This document shows positions 35,729 through 58,035 of a stretch of 62,000 nucleotides of DNA, one piece after another. Positions within the stretch are counted from its first letter, which is position 1. Each line of letters starts with the position of its first letter. Position numbers and translations under genes: made by a program. Under the pieces are notes generated by a model, which made no database searches, was not told the origin of the DNA, and saw only the letters and a program-made list of their open reading frames with translations. Source of the DNA: Acanthaster planci (lineage: Eukaryota); assembly GCF_001949145.1 (NCBI RefSeq), contig NW_019091405.1:806001-868000 (forward strand). Direction: 5' to 3'.

Positions 35729-35787
35729 TTAACCCTAACCCTCCTCAATCCTTCACCTGTTGGAGGATTGAGGAGGGTTAGGGTTAA
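35729..35787. repeat. 59-bp palindrome with telomere-repeat arms and TTAA ends
   Basis: TTAACCCTAACCCTCCTCAATCCTTCA-CCTGT-TGGAGGATTGAGGAGGGTTAGGGTTAA: 27-bp arms with 1 mismatch. Confidence 0.85.
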
Positions 35788-38651
35788 AAGCATCGGCATT
35801 TTATGCGTACTTGTACATTTCCAAGTAAAATGAAGTTTCCTGTAGAGGAGTTTATCTTTTCACGGCAGTAGTCAGCGACACTTGACAATAATATTGTACC
35901 AGTTTGTATTAAAACAAGGTCATGTCACATCGACGGTTGTCTGTTTTGATTTTATTTCTAGAGTGGAATGACAGCGGAAGCCCCCAGTGGTGGTTGTGGT
36001 CACGTACTTGAACTGCCTTGAGCGAAAGCACCCCCCTCAACGGTTGAGAAGAGCCATTAGTGGGGAAGTGTTCATTTTGTTGATAGCGATGTGACCACAA
36101 CGTATGCTTTTCATTGTCGCTCGTAAACCAGCTAAGTGCAGTTCCCAACGAAGGAGCCCGAGTACCTCCCGCTCGGGGCACATAAGTGGGTGCAAACGTT
36201 TGTTGGAAGAACTTCCATGTGCTGTGACATGTCGACCGTAGGGAACGGGGATACAAGAAAGTGTTTTCGATTTGAAAACGCATATCAAAAAACTCTGGGA
36301 GTTAATAGTTCGCATAATTTTGTATATAGATTTTAAATGACGGATAATCACTTCCGACTGTTTTTTTCAATTGATGCAGAAATTTTTTAAACAGAAAAAA
36401 GGAGATTCCGACACAGTCCTGAACCTATGTTCGATTTTAAGTTGAAAAATGGTATTAGTCCCTGGACTTTCTGCACAAGTGCGGCCTACTGGACTACAGA
36501 CGCGACCGTCCTGGTTTGCGTAAATTACACCTGCATTCCGCTCAGGTGTACATAGCGTCACCCTGTGTATCCATGATCCAACAGCTTTTGTGATGAAGCG
36601 CTAGGTCCATTGATTGTTAATGTAGCAGACCAGTCCCATGCCAATTGAAGGCGGATGAAAGATCCCCGAAGTAAATCGGACGAGCACTCTCAAAGTATAA
36701 GTAAATGACATTTTTTGACAAAAGTGGGCACAGTAATAATTGCCGAATGACAACGGCAATGATTGATGTAATGTGGCTATAGGTCAAAAGTTAACATATG
36801 GCTAGCACAGATAATCACATGTCGCCACATTATAATCCAAAAATCACACAATTTCTCTGACAAACGATCATGAAAAATAAATTACGTACAACAGTACTTA
36901 ATCACTGGGATTTTCCAGGATTGTACTCTCCTGCCTGACTTAGTGTTGATTTATCAATATAGAGCTGCCCCTAACGTGAAGTACTCTGATTTTCGACTCA
37001 AGTGCCCTGTCGGAGCACTTTTTTACCTCAAATTTCATCGTAAGTGAAATTTTTTATCAAACTCTCAATATTAAGATACAAAAATCTCTAATTTACTCAC
37101 CCGCTACCAAGTTCGGATGACATTTTATTTTGGCTCGATTTCCGATTTTTTTCTAAAGTGAAAATGAACTCTTTTAAACTGTGCCCCATGCGAATGTAAT
37201 TGAATAACGAACTCGTTGTAAAGTATGAAATTGAAGGTAATAAATTTTTATTAGAAGTTATCAACTTTAAAGAATTTTGTAGAATTTTTGAATTTTTAAC
37301 AAGTGCGCCACATAAGGGAGCTCAATTCTGCTCAATTCCCGGACGGCGAAGTTTTTGAATTTCGGACGAAATTTCATGACACTGAAATTTTTCTCAAAGG
37401 TTCAGTAGAATGTATCAAGAAAGTTAGAGTACCAGTATTTTGCGAAATGAATTTGAAGGGTTTTTCAACATGAGATTTGGCAACACTGTATGAGGAAAGT
37501 CAAGTGAGTCAAAGTGCGCCGCGGCAAGGGGACTTTAGCTGGAGCCATGATTGAAGGAAAATGCAAAGAGAAAGTTAAGTATGGCTCAACGCTGTTCGAA
37601 ACCCACAGGAAGAGAGACTGTGAAGTTACTTAAGTATGAAGCAAGGTCAAAACAGAAAGTAGCAACTTGATGAAGATAATTATAAGCTAGGTGAAAGACA
37701 CATGTAAAAAAGAAAAAAGGAAGAATTGGAAAGACGAGGGCGCCCTTACTCAGGCTCGGTCAGAGCAGTCTACATTCCAAGCACGGTCCCATCCCCTGCA
37801 CTAAACATTAGGAAAATTGCCCCCTCCTTGCTTCTAATCAGTTTCAAAATCTATTTTTATCAAAGCTGGAAGCAGAAATAAAGCTTGAATAAAGCCATGT
37901 TCTGATGCTTATACCCTCTGGGAGGGTGTGCAGGTATTCTGAGTCGCTGGGGTATTTTTCAGGGGGGGGGAGTAAAAGTCCTCATTGACGCAGCAGCAAC
38001 CTCAAAAAACATCAACTTCTGTTGGAAGAGGACCAATTTCGTGGTACATGTATTTTCAAACAAATTGTTGACTTTCATCCTCTCTTCTCCTATTTCCTGT
38101 TTTAAACATTTACTTCTAATCCCTCATCTTTCCCGTTTAACCCTTGTGTTTGTCCAGTATTGCATTACGGAGGAAGAACGGAGCGCTCTTTGCTCCCTTG
38201 CTGCACTTGTGCGCCCCCATATTTCAAACAGTCGAGAATTCTGACAGTGTCTACACGACATCGTTTATTCATTTTAGCCCTTTTGCACCTAAATCTGACG
38301 GGGAATCCCAGCCTGAGTCTCATGCACATTCATAATCTGGCACCGATTGTCAAGTGTTTGTGATTGAAATAATAGTGTTGTGATTACCATTTCAACTCAT
38401 CAGATATTACAGATAATGTTGTTATTGTCAAGTTTTGAATAATTATGTAACCATTTCTTACATTATTCAAACGCTTGCATTTGCACAAATAAAAGTTCCT
38501 GTGTTATGATAATAATGAAGTTCCGCTGTGCGATACGCTCATTTAATTTAATAAGTCGATATCTGGACCGTTCTCTTAATTTTGATCTTTAAGCAGCTAC
38601 ACTTGCAGTGCACCTTAAAATGTAAATGTACTTTTAGTTCATAGATTCACG

Positions 38652-39101
38652 TGTCCTAAGTGGCCGAGTGGTTAAGTTGGCTGTTTAAAGATCAGGAGGG
38701 TCCGGGTTCGAATCCCAGTGTTTTCATTTTGATTTTCAATGGACGTTCCTGGTCACTATAAAGTGGTTAATTTTCCTTCCTAAATTACCAACAGTACCTT
38801 AGCCTACTGGATAAGCTCTTCTGCTGGGACTGTCCGCGAAGTCCAGGTGAGCACCTAAGTACAGGTTCGAGACGTATGGCCGACTCGGCGGCCAGGGCTT
38901 AGGGGCCTGTCTCGTTTCCTCCCTTGCATGGTCGCTCGAACCTTTTTGGGGTTAAATGGATGGGCAGGGAGGAAGTGTGGTGGGCCGGGAACCCCGAGAC
39001 CCCAGAAGAGTCCTATATGGAAGCCGGTAACTGCGATTTGTAGTGAATTTCAGGAGTCCGTGCGCCTGAATGCTTGGTCAACACCGCATAACTTTTGCAT
39101 T
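38652..39101 (+). mobile_element. tRNA-headed interspersed repeat (SINE-like), copy 1
   Basis: A-box TGGCCGAGTGG (38661) and B-box GGTTCGAATCC (38705). The body is nearly identical to the inverted copy at 49060-49460. Confidence 0.75.
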
Positions 39102-39267
39102 TTTCTCTTTAAATATGCATCCACCTCATTTTTGCTACTATCAGAAAAAAACTGAGTAGAAAAGAGAAATTGTCGAATTACCGAAATTTGTAATGTTTTG
39201 CTGTACTTAGAAATAAATGTTACGGAACACAGTTGTTCTTGGTATTGTGACTCAAGCTATTGATTCT

Positions 39268-42200
39268 AACCCTATTAATCCTAACCCAAGGGTTAGGGTT
39301 AGGCCTAACATGGGATGAGTGGGTTTAGGGCTAGGGTTCAGGCTAGGCCAACCGTCAAGGTTAGGGACAGGCCGACCGTGGGATGAGTCTAATGGGTGGG
39401 GTTAGGGTTAGCCCGACCGTCGGAAGAATTTAACGGGTGGGGTAAGGGTTAGGCTGATTGTGTAGTGATGAGCGTTAGGCCGATCTTCAGATGAATCTAA
39501 CAGGTGGAGTTAGGGTTAGGGTAGGGTTAGGGTTAGGCCCAACGTTGTATGAACTGAATAAGTTGGGTTGGGGTTAGACCGACCGCCGGAGGAATTTATC
39601 GGATAGGGTTAAGATAGGGTTAGTATTAAGCCCAACCTTGTATGAACTGAATAAGTTAAGTTAGGGTTAGACAGACCGTCGGAGGAATTTAACGGGTAGG
39701 GTTAGGGTTAGTTAATGTGGGATGATTTTGACAGGGTTAGGGTTAGGCCAACGTAAACCATGGGACGAATGTAACGGGTGGGCTAGGGTTAGCTGACGTG
39801 GGATGAATTAGGTAGGGTTGGGGTTAGGGCTAGGCCGACCGTGGGATGAATCTAATGGGTGGGGTTAGGGTTAGCCCGGAAGAATTTAACGGATGGGGAT
39901 AGGGTTAGGCTGATTGTGTAGTGATGAGGGTTAGGCCAATCTTCAGATGAATCTAACAGGTGGGGTTAGGGTTAGGGTAGGGTTAGGGTTAGGCCCAACG
40001 TTGTATGAAGTGAACAGGTGGGGTTAGACCGACCGTCGGAGAAATTATTGGGTAGGGTTAGGGTTAGCTAATGTGGGATGGTTTTGGCAGGGTTAGGGTT
40101 AGGCCGACCGTGGGAAGAATTTAACGGGTGGGGTTAGGGTTAACTGACGTGGGATGAATTAGGTAGGGTTAGAGTTAGGTGTTAGGGTTAGGGTTACGGT
40201 TAGGGTTAGGGTTCATGCTAGGCCGACCGTGGGATGAATCTAATGGGTGGGGTTAGAGTTAGCTGACGTGGGNNNNNNNNNNNNNNNNNNNNNNNNNNNN
40301 NNNNNNNNNNNNNNNNNNNNNNNNNNNNNNNNNNNNNNNNNNNNNNNNNNNNNNNNNNNNNNNNNNNNNNNNNNNCAGGGTTAGGATTAGGGTTAGGCCA
40401 ACGTAAACCATGGGATGAATGTAACGGGTGGGGTTAGGGTTAGCTGACGTGGGATGAATTAGGTAGGGTTAGGGTTAGGGTCAGGTTCTAGGGTTAGGGT
40501 TAGGGTTAGCCCGACCGTGGGAAGAATTTAACGGCTGGGGTTAGGGTTAGCTGACGTGGTATGAATTAGATAGGGTTAGGGTTAGGTGTTAGGATTACGG
40601 TTAGGGTTAGGGTTCAGGCTAGGCCGACCGTGGGATGAATCTAATGGGTGGGGTTAGGGTTAGCCCGACCGTCGGAAGAATTTAACACGTGGGGTTAGGG
40701 TAGGGTTAGGGTTAGGCCCAACGTTGTATGAAGTGAACAGGTGGGGTTAGGGTTAGACCGACCGTCAGAGAAATTAACGGGTAGGGTTAGGATTAGCTAA
40801 TGTGGGATGGTTTTGGCAGGGTTAGGGTTAGGCGGTTTAGGGCAGGGTTAGGGTTACGTGGGATGAATTAGGTAGGGTTAGAGTTAGGTGTTAGGGTTAG
40901 GGTTACAGTTAGGGTTAGGGTTCATGCTAGGCCGACCATGGGATGAATCTAACGGGTGGGTTAGGGTTAACTGACGTGGGATGAATTAGGTAGGGTTACA
41001 GTTAGGGTCAGGTTCTAGGGTTAGGGTTAGCCCGACCGTGGGAAGAATTTAACGGCTGGGGTTAGGGTTAGCTGACGTGGTATGAATTAGGTAGGGTTGG
41101 GGTTAGGTGTTAGGGTTACGGTTAGGTGTTAGGGTTAGGGTTCAAGGTAGGCCTACCGTGGGATGAATCTAATGGGTGGGGTTAGGGTCAGGGTTAGCCC
41201 GACCGTCGGAAGAATCTAACGGGTGGGGTTAGGGTTAGGCTGATTGTGTAGTGATGAGGTTTAGGCCGATCTTCAGATGAATCTAACACGTGGGGTTAGG
41301 GTAGGGTAGGGTTAGGGTTAGGCCCAACGTTGTATGAAGTGAACAGGTGGGGTTAGGGTTAGACCGACCGTCGGAGAAATTAACGGGTAGGGTTAGGGTT
41401 AGCTAATGTGGGATGGTTTTGACAGGGTCAGGGTTAGACCGACCATATAATGAATGGTTTAGGTTTTAGGGTTCATGCTAGGCCAACTGTCGGATAATGG
41501 TAAGTGGTGGGGTTAGGGTTAGCTGANNNNNNNNNNNNNNNNNNNNNNNNNNNNNNNNNNNNNNNNNNNNNNNNNNNNNNNNNNNNNNNNNNNNNNNNNN
41601 NNNNNNNNNNNNNNNNNNNNNNNNNNNNNNNNNNNNNNNNNNNNNNNNNNNNNNNNNNNNNNNNNNNNNNNNNNNNNNNNNNNNNNNNNNNNNNNNNNNN
41701 NNNNNNNNNNNNNNNNNNNNNNNNNNNNNNNNNNNNNNNNNNNNNNNNNNNNNNNNNNNNNNNNNNNNNNNNNNNNNNNNNNNNNNNNNNNNNNNNNNNN
41801 NNNNNNNNNNNNNNNNNNNNNNNNNNNNNNNNNNNNNNNNNNNNNNNNNNNNNNNNNNNNNNNNNNNNNNNNNNNNNNNNNNNNNNNNNNNNNNNNNNNN
41901 NNNNNNNNNNNNNNNNNNNNNNNNNNNNNNNNNNNNNNNNNNNNNNNNNNNNNNNNNNNNNNNNNNNNNNNNNNNNNNNNNNNNNNNNNNNNNNNNNNNN
42001 NNNNNNNNNNNNNNNNNNNNNNNNNNNNNNNNNNNNNNNNNNNNNNNNNNNNNNNNNNNNNNNTGTGCGATGAATTAGGTAGGGTTAGAGTTAGGTGTTA
42101 GGGTTCAGGCTAGGCCGACCGTCGGATGAATCTAATGGGTGGGGTTAGGGTCAGGGTTAGCCCGACCGTCGGAAGAATTTAACGGGTGGGGTTAGGGTTT

Positions 42201-42930
42201 GGCTGATTTGTAGCACTGAGGGTTAGGCCGATCTTCAGATGAATCTAACGGGTAGGGTTAGGGTTAAGGTAGGGTTAGGGTTAGCTAATGTGGGATGGTT
42301 TTGACAGGGTTAGGGTTAGTGTTAGGCCAACCATGGGATGAATGGGTAAGGGTTCATGCTAGGCCAACTGTCGGATGAATGTAACTGGTGGGGTTAGGGT
42401 TAGCTGACGTAGGATGAATTAGGTGGGGTTACGGTTAGGGATAGGTGTTAGGGTTAGGGTTACGGTTAAGGTTAGGGTTCAGGCTAGGCCGACCGTGGGA
42501 TGAATCTAATGGGTGGGGTTAGGGTTTGGGTTAGCCAGACCGTGGGAAAAATTTAACGGGTGGGGTTAGGGTTAGGCTGATTGTGTAGTGATGAGGGTTA
42601 GGCCGATCTTCAGATGAATCTAACAGGTGGGGTTAGGGTAGGGTTAGGGTTAGGCCCAACGTTGTATGAACTGAATAAGTTGGTTTAGGGTTAGGCTGAC
42701 CGTTGAAGGAATTTAACAGGTAGGGTTAGGGCTATGATGATCTGGGATGAATTTGAAGAGGTAAGGTTGGGGTTACGATTAGGCCGATCGTCGGATTAAT
42801 CTTTCGGGTGGGGGTAGGGTTAGGCCCATTGTGCAGGGAGGGTTATTGTTTTCTCCGATCGTCAGATGAATTTTTCACGTAGAGTTAGGGTTAAGGATGA
42901 ATTTAACCGGTCGTATAGGTTTAGGGCTAT
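39268..42930. repeat. Interstitial TTAGGG-containing complex satellite (two N gaps)
   Basis: Short (TTAGGG)n runs alternate with ~25-30-bp spacers such as GCCGACCGTGGGATGAATCTAATGGGTGGGG. Spacer variants recur in order, giving a higher-order period of roughly 370-610 bp. Confidence 0.95.
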
Positions 42931-43339
42931 TTTTATTAATTAGTGATTTTGTTGCTAAAGGTACAAATACTGATGAATGAGGGGTGCTTGAACATCCAAA
43001 CGATTGACCCAAAATGCCTTTACCTTTTTCCTATAATTATCCCGATTTCTTTCCCCGACCCTACTCCTGTCCTCTTTTTGTGCACTTACACGCGCCCTCT
43101 ATCCGGCCCAACATTTTCCATTAAATTCGCTTATCATATTCCTTTATTAAAAGCTCCCCGTTCTTGATAATAAACCATACAAATGATAAGTCCATTTGGT
43201 AATTGAATTCTGGAATATTTGTCTTTCCAAATAGTCTGCTGTATCTGACTGACACAAAACGGAAACAAACGGAAACAAAATAAACTGTGTTGGACTATCC
43301 CATTGAGTCCCGAATGGTTTTGTCTTTTTAACTCGCTGG

Positions 43340-53133
<9,794 letters not shown>

Positions 53134-53980
53134 TTCTGCAACCTGGAAAGCTCTCTGTTGCGTATACTATGCGACAAGTGTGCTTGGTAACTTGCTTTCG
53201 TGACAGTAAAAAGATTGCAGGATGGATAGGTCAAGGTTCGGTTTGGACTGTAAATGAACAATAAAATTATTACTTTTTTCTAATAAAAAACGTCAGGTGT
53301 AGAATATATAAATTCGCACTTCAAAAAAATAGTAAAAAGTCGGACTTGCTTGTCAGTGTGGCGTGTTTACGAGTGGCTAGAGGAGCCACTAGAAATTTAA
53401 CCAAAAATCCTGTCGGGATACTCAACAGGGGTGAGACACTCATGCATGTTTTTCTGTAGAGTGATTGCAAAACCGTCATTTATCTGCACACTGTAAAAAC
53501 AACACTTTTTGCACCCACTTTTTAAAGACGCTTAGTAAGCCATGCCATGTTTATTGAAATGTGTTTGTTCAGCTTTTTGAAATCCGCTTAGCATTAAACA
53601 TATTCCATAAAAAGACATGCCGTGGGTTAAATGTGTTAAAAAAGTGGGTACAAAGTTTGCTCAGAAATGTGTTTAAACTCTCAAGGGCTTTTTCAGAGCT
53701 TGTGCTTGAAATGATCAAAGTCACTCTGTTTGAAGTTTTGGAAAATGACATGTGGGAAGTTGCCTTTTGATGTATCTTTGAATTGAGAATGTAGAACAGT
53801 CCCTTGGTTGTAATTTATTTAGGCTAATAGATGAACACAATGCCACATCTTCTCTACGCGAGAACTTCGCTTGGAAGCAAGCAGCACTTCACTATACCTG
53901 GCCTGGGGGATAGAGGGCGCTTCAAATGCATAGCACATGTCCGTGCGTAGCCGGCCCAGGGCCTACGTCGTTGTGGTTTG

Positions 53981-56900
53981 ATGATGGCGAACTCTGCGAA
54001 TGCTGGAAGTGAAAAGAGCCGGGGGAGAATCTCTAAGAAAAAGAAAAGGCAGTCGTCATCCCGTAGTCAAGCCAATTATGAAGGGTCGGGAGATGACCCG
54101 GAAGCTGAACGTAAGCCCAGTATGAGTATTTAGTGTTACGACGAGATCATGAATCGATTGTCAGACCATGGTCAGACTTGATGAGGGGAAATCCCGCCTA
54201 GTACAGGGAGCCTGTACATGTACATGTACGTACTCTAACGGTCACACAAAGCTAAATTGCCGTGTTAGCGGCGTTTCTCCAAGCTACTGAAGTTAGAACT
54301 AGCCCCAGACTAGTTCTAGCAATGCGGGTTATAATAATATCTGATTCCCGAAAGCTGAAAAAATTTTAAACTGCAGATTGATTGGAATAAGCATAGAGCA
54401 AGGAACAGAAGCATGGACATGATGGAGGTACATGTAGGAAAAGAGCACCATCATGCATGTGAAGCAAACCTTTTGGGGAAAATTCCATTCTGATTCATCG
54501 GCCTCTTTTTAAACATTTTTTAACCCTTACAATTTTAAAGGCCAACTCTAACGGTGCTAAGATTTCTCATATTTAAATCTTATTGAGAAGAGCCAAGTCT
54601 ACTAAAATCAATATCTCCCTTGCATTTCAATACATACATGTTTTTATGTTAGTAAAACAATCTTTGTACCCATTTTTCCTGCGAGTCCAGTCCTGTATTG
54701 CAAAAATGGATGTGTGATCACATCTCATTAGCATCTAATGAATATTGATTTCTGTGACATATTAGTACTGTGGAAAGGAAATACAGCATGCGCTTTAGGC
54801 ATGCATAGCACGCGTAGCTGCGAACGACAGCATGAAGTTTAAGAATGCTCTCATTCTTCGGAAACTCAAAGAATTTCAACCCGGTTCTTTTGCAGAATTC
54901 ATATGTATACACCCACCAGTGAGGGGCACAAACTCTCAACGAAAAAGAGACAATCTGGCCAGTAGACCTGGCACACAGATCGATCCCTGGTTCACAATGC
55001 ACGCACATGTATCTCCATGTTCATGTACATGTACGTTTGTAGCAGAACTAGTCTTGCCAGGGATACCAGTTTCATTGTTTTCTCCGGTATTGCACATGTT
55101 AGACAAATTTCATTTCTCAACAGCGCCACCAGCAGTCAGATTGTGGAAAATTTTCATAAAACTCGAAGACACAGTTCAAAAGTTTACAAAAATTACCAAA
55201 AAAATACAGACGCAATACAGACATGAATTGGTAATAAATAGATAATTTATTACACACTGAACACAATAATAGTTTATTTTCAAAACTTTTAAAACTGTTG
55301 GAGTTGGTCTTTAAACTGGGGCAACAATGTATTTTGGGGGAGGGGGGTCTACAGATATGAAAGGCAGTTTAGTATTAACTAAGGGGGGACAAGTTTGAAA
55401 GAAGAAAAGAAAAAAAGAAAAGATTTCCCTGTGTTCTTATTCCTCCATATTTATACTATATCTGTGGTCATTATGGCGGCCTTTCACCTGTGGTTGATCG
55501 CATAGGCATAGAATAGTGCTCAAAATCATCCTAGATTTATCTCAAGACGTAGACAGAGCATTCAGCTTCTTACAATTTCAAATGAATAGCAGGTTAAGTT
55601 TTTTATAGATTAGTCTATAAACAAGTATTACATACTCCTGGGAAAGTGGCCCATGAGTATGAAATGTTTTCCAAGGAAATAAACAAATTCATAACCGTAC
55701 AACTTAAGGGGGAAGATTGGGGTCAAGAGAAACTTGAGAGGGGGAAGGGGCAGATGTCTCCCATTGCTTCCTGGGGAATTTAATAATCAAGGGGTACTTA
55801 CATGTAAGCCAGAGACATGCCAGAGGTGTAAATTTGTGTTCAAGAGTTGGATGAGGGGATGATGAAGGCATTTCTAGAAATTCCTAGCCCTGCATCTTGA
55901 AGGTTGCTAATTTCTTTCCTGAGTTAAAAGCAGCCACCCTTGCTGCCATTTACTTGTACTCGGGGGACAAGAGGCAGCACGCTTTCTCCATGTGTCTTTT
56001 CATTGTACTGCTTTTGCAGTCGTGGTGGTCACTGTCCCAACCAAGTCACCGTCAGCTCCCTTGCAAGGCAGCGCCCGGATCATCAAAGACCACTGCGCTG
56101 ACTGGCACAACTACATCGACAAGTGGATTGGGCTGAACGAAAAGGGTCTGGCAGTGGTGAAGCAGATAGTCACTGCCAAGCTTCAGGCACAGTGAGTGGC
56201 TGACTACAGCCTTGGTCTTTCTTGCATGGTTGGACGGGCCTAGCTTTGGCGAGTGGTGTAGCCCAAATTTGACCCAAATGGTTTGTGTACCAGATGAGGG
56301 TCATTGGAGGGAAAGGGTCTATACAGTGTTTTCTTTTGTACCACCTGTCACTTCGAGGTTTTTTTTTACTCAAATGTAGCGAATCTTCAGAGGTTGCTAC
56401 CATGACAGAAAAGGCCACCAATGTGGAAACGGATTCCCATGTTGCCACGGCTACGCACATGCCAGAAGGACTGGACGACCTCTGTGTTGAACTGACGAGC
56501 ATCTACATTTCAATGGTAGGCTCCAGAAATTTGCCTTTCTGATTGCCCCGTTGAATTAGCTTGTCAGATGTTAGCCTCTGAAATGTCTTCAATGTCCTCA
56601 TCCTCAGTAAGAAAGAGGGTTTGGAAATGGCAATGTCCAACTGGGCTGTAGGCTACACGTACATGCATGAACACTGAACTGAATAGGCCACTTTGTAATG
56701 TAGCAAAGGTTCATCTAGTTTGAGCTGACACCATCGGAGAGTGTTTGATGCACTATGCCTGGTTGTGCATGCGATTTTATGCATGTTTTCTAAATAGGGC
56801 AGTGCATGTATAGGCCTATTCGCCCAATTGTGAAATTTCAGTCTGTTATATACATGTAGATGAGTCACTCATTTACTGACGCATGTTGCCTGTTTGTTGT

Positions 56901-58035
56901 AGTGCAGGCACTTGATACACAAGTCTTGACAATGTTATAATCTTGTTACAAAAGTGGCCCCCATGATTAGAGGCATGTACATGCATTGCCGTGTCTGAAT
57001 TACTTGGCTGTGGCTTGAAATTACACAAAACTCTATCTGAAGTGGTTGCAGCCACAGCCTTAGGCTCATGCATGTGTATGTGAACCAGGAGAGGTGAATA
57101 GACTGTACCCAGTCTGTCAATATTGTCATTAGACTACTTGTAAGGCTAAGTAATAGTTGAGGCAGGAACCAGAGCAGTTAGCCCAGTCCTTTTGTTCACT
57201 GGCAGACGGAGCTGTCAATTTGAAAAAGAAAGGAAAGAGCTGTATGTCTCATTATTAAGTCGAAAGCAGCATGTATGAAACTGGCTAGAAGATGCCAAAT
57301 AAACAGGCAGGTGTCATGGGTTGCGTTTGGACAAGAATTACCATAAAATACTGAGAGAAATAAAACATGTTTTCACAAACCATTCCATGGTTCTTGTCAG
57401 CCTGAAAAAAAGAATGAATTACTTGTCTCTGAATGTTTGTCAGGAGAAACTCGTCCATAAAATGGCAGCCATCACTAAGCATCTCCAAGGCGTCAGTGAA
57501 ATGGAGAGAAACTTTTCTGAATCAGGGGGAGAGCAGCCTTTTTTCCAAACATGGCCAGTTCATCTATTTTGTGAGTTGATCAAATTATTTCTTTTTGTGT
57601 TTTGGAACATCTTCATGACGGTAAGCTGAACTTAGCTTCCAAAAATTCATTGCCTCAACATACAAAAATGAGTTTGACGTCCACCTGAGCTCCAAAAAGA
57701 TGTAGTGTATAGGATCCAAGATATGTTTGTGATTCATTTCCTTGGACCAGTTACATTATTTGAAATCTGTTCAATAAACAAGTACATGCAGTTGAGGTAT
57801 CAACAATGATTGAACATAGTTTTGCATTCCTTGTGCAGGGGAAACTTCTTCACGTCTAGGGAACATGTACGCCAAGGAACTATCACTCAAGAAGGCCATT
57901 GTGGAGGATGTTGCACATACTAGCAGCCGGGATGTGCTCATGACCTACACCTCAGCATGGCTACACCAGCCTTACATCGATGACGAGGCCACCGTGATTC
58001 TAGAGAGCATGCTGCGAGAAACGGGCCACAGGTGA
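53981..58035 (+). CDS. CINP: CDK2-interacting protein, 5 coding exons
   Basis: Exons 53981-54110 (less certain), 56020-56191, 56380-56515, 57444-57570 and 57839-58035 splice in frame. SARIIKDHCADWHNYIDKW, PFFQTWP, MYAKELSLKKAIVEDVAH and WLHQPYID..LESMLRETGHR match CINP as recalled. Confidence 0.92.

Noticed and set aside
35909..36690. GC-richer intergenic ORFs (124, 104 and 64 aa)
   Set aside because: No recognisable motif, and no consistent splice chain could be built.
38661..38716. tRNA gene (also 49395-49450 and 28923-28980)
   Set aside because: A and B boxes are present, but there is no convincing acceptor or anticodon stem and each continues into a repeat body; treated as SINE heads.
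41504..42073. 189-aa ORF
   Set aside because: Almost entirely an N gap.
39268..42930. CRISPR-like repeat/spacer array, or a true telomere
   Set aside because: The spacers are recurring variants of one another, there are no cas genes and the context is eukaryotic. The array is internal and not a pure (TTAGGG)n tract.
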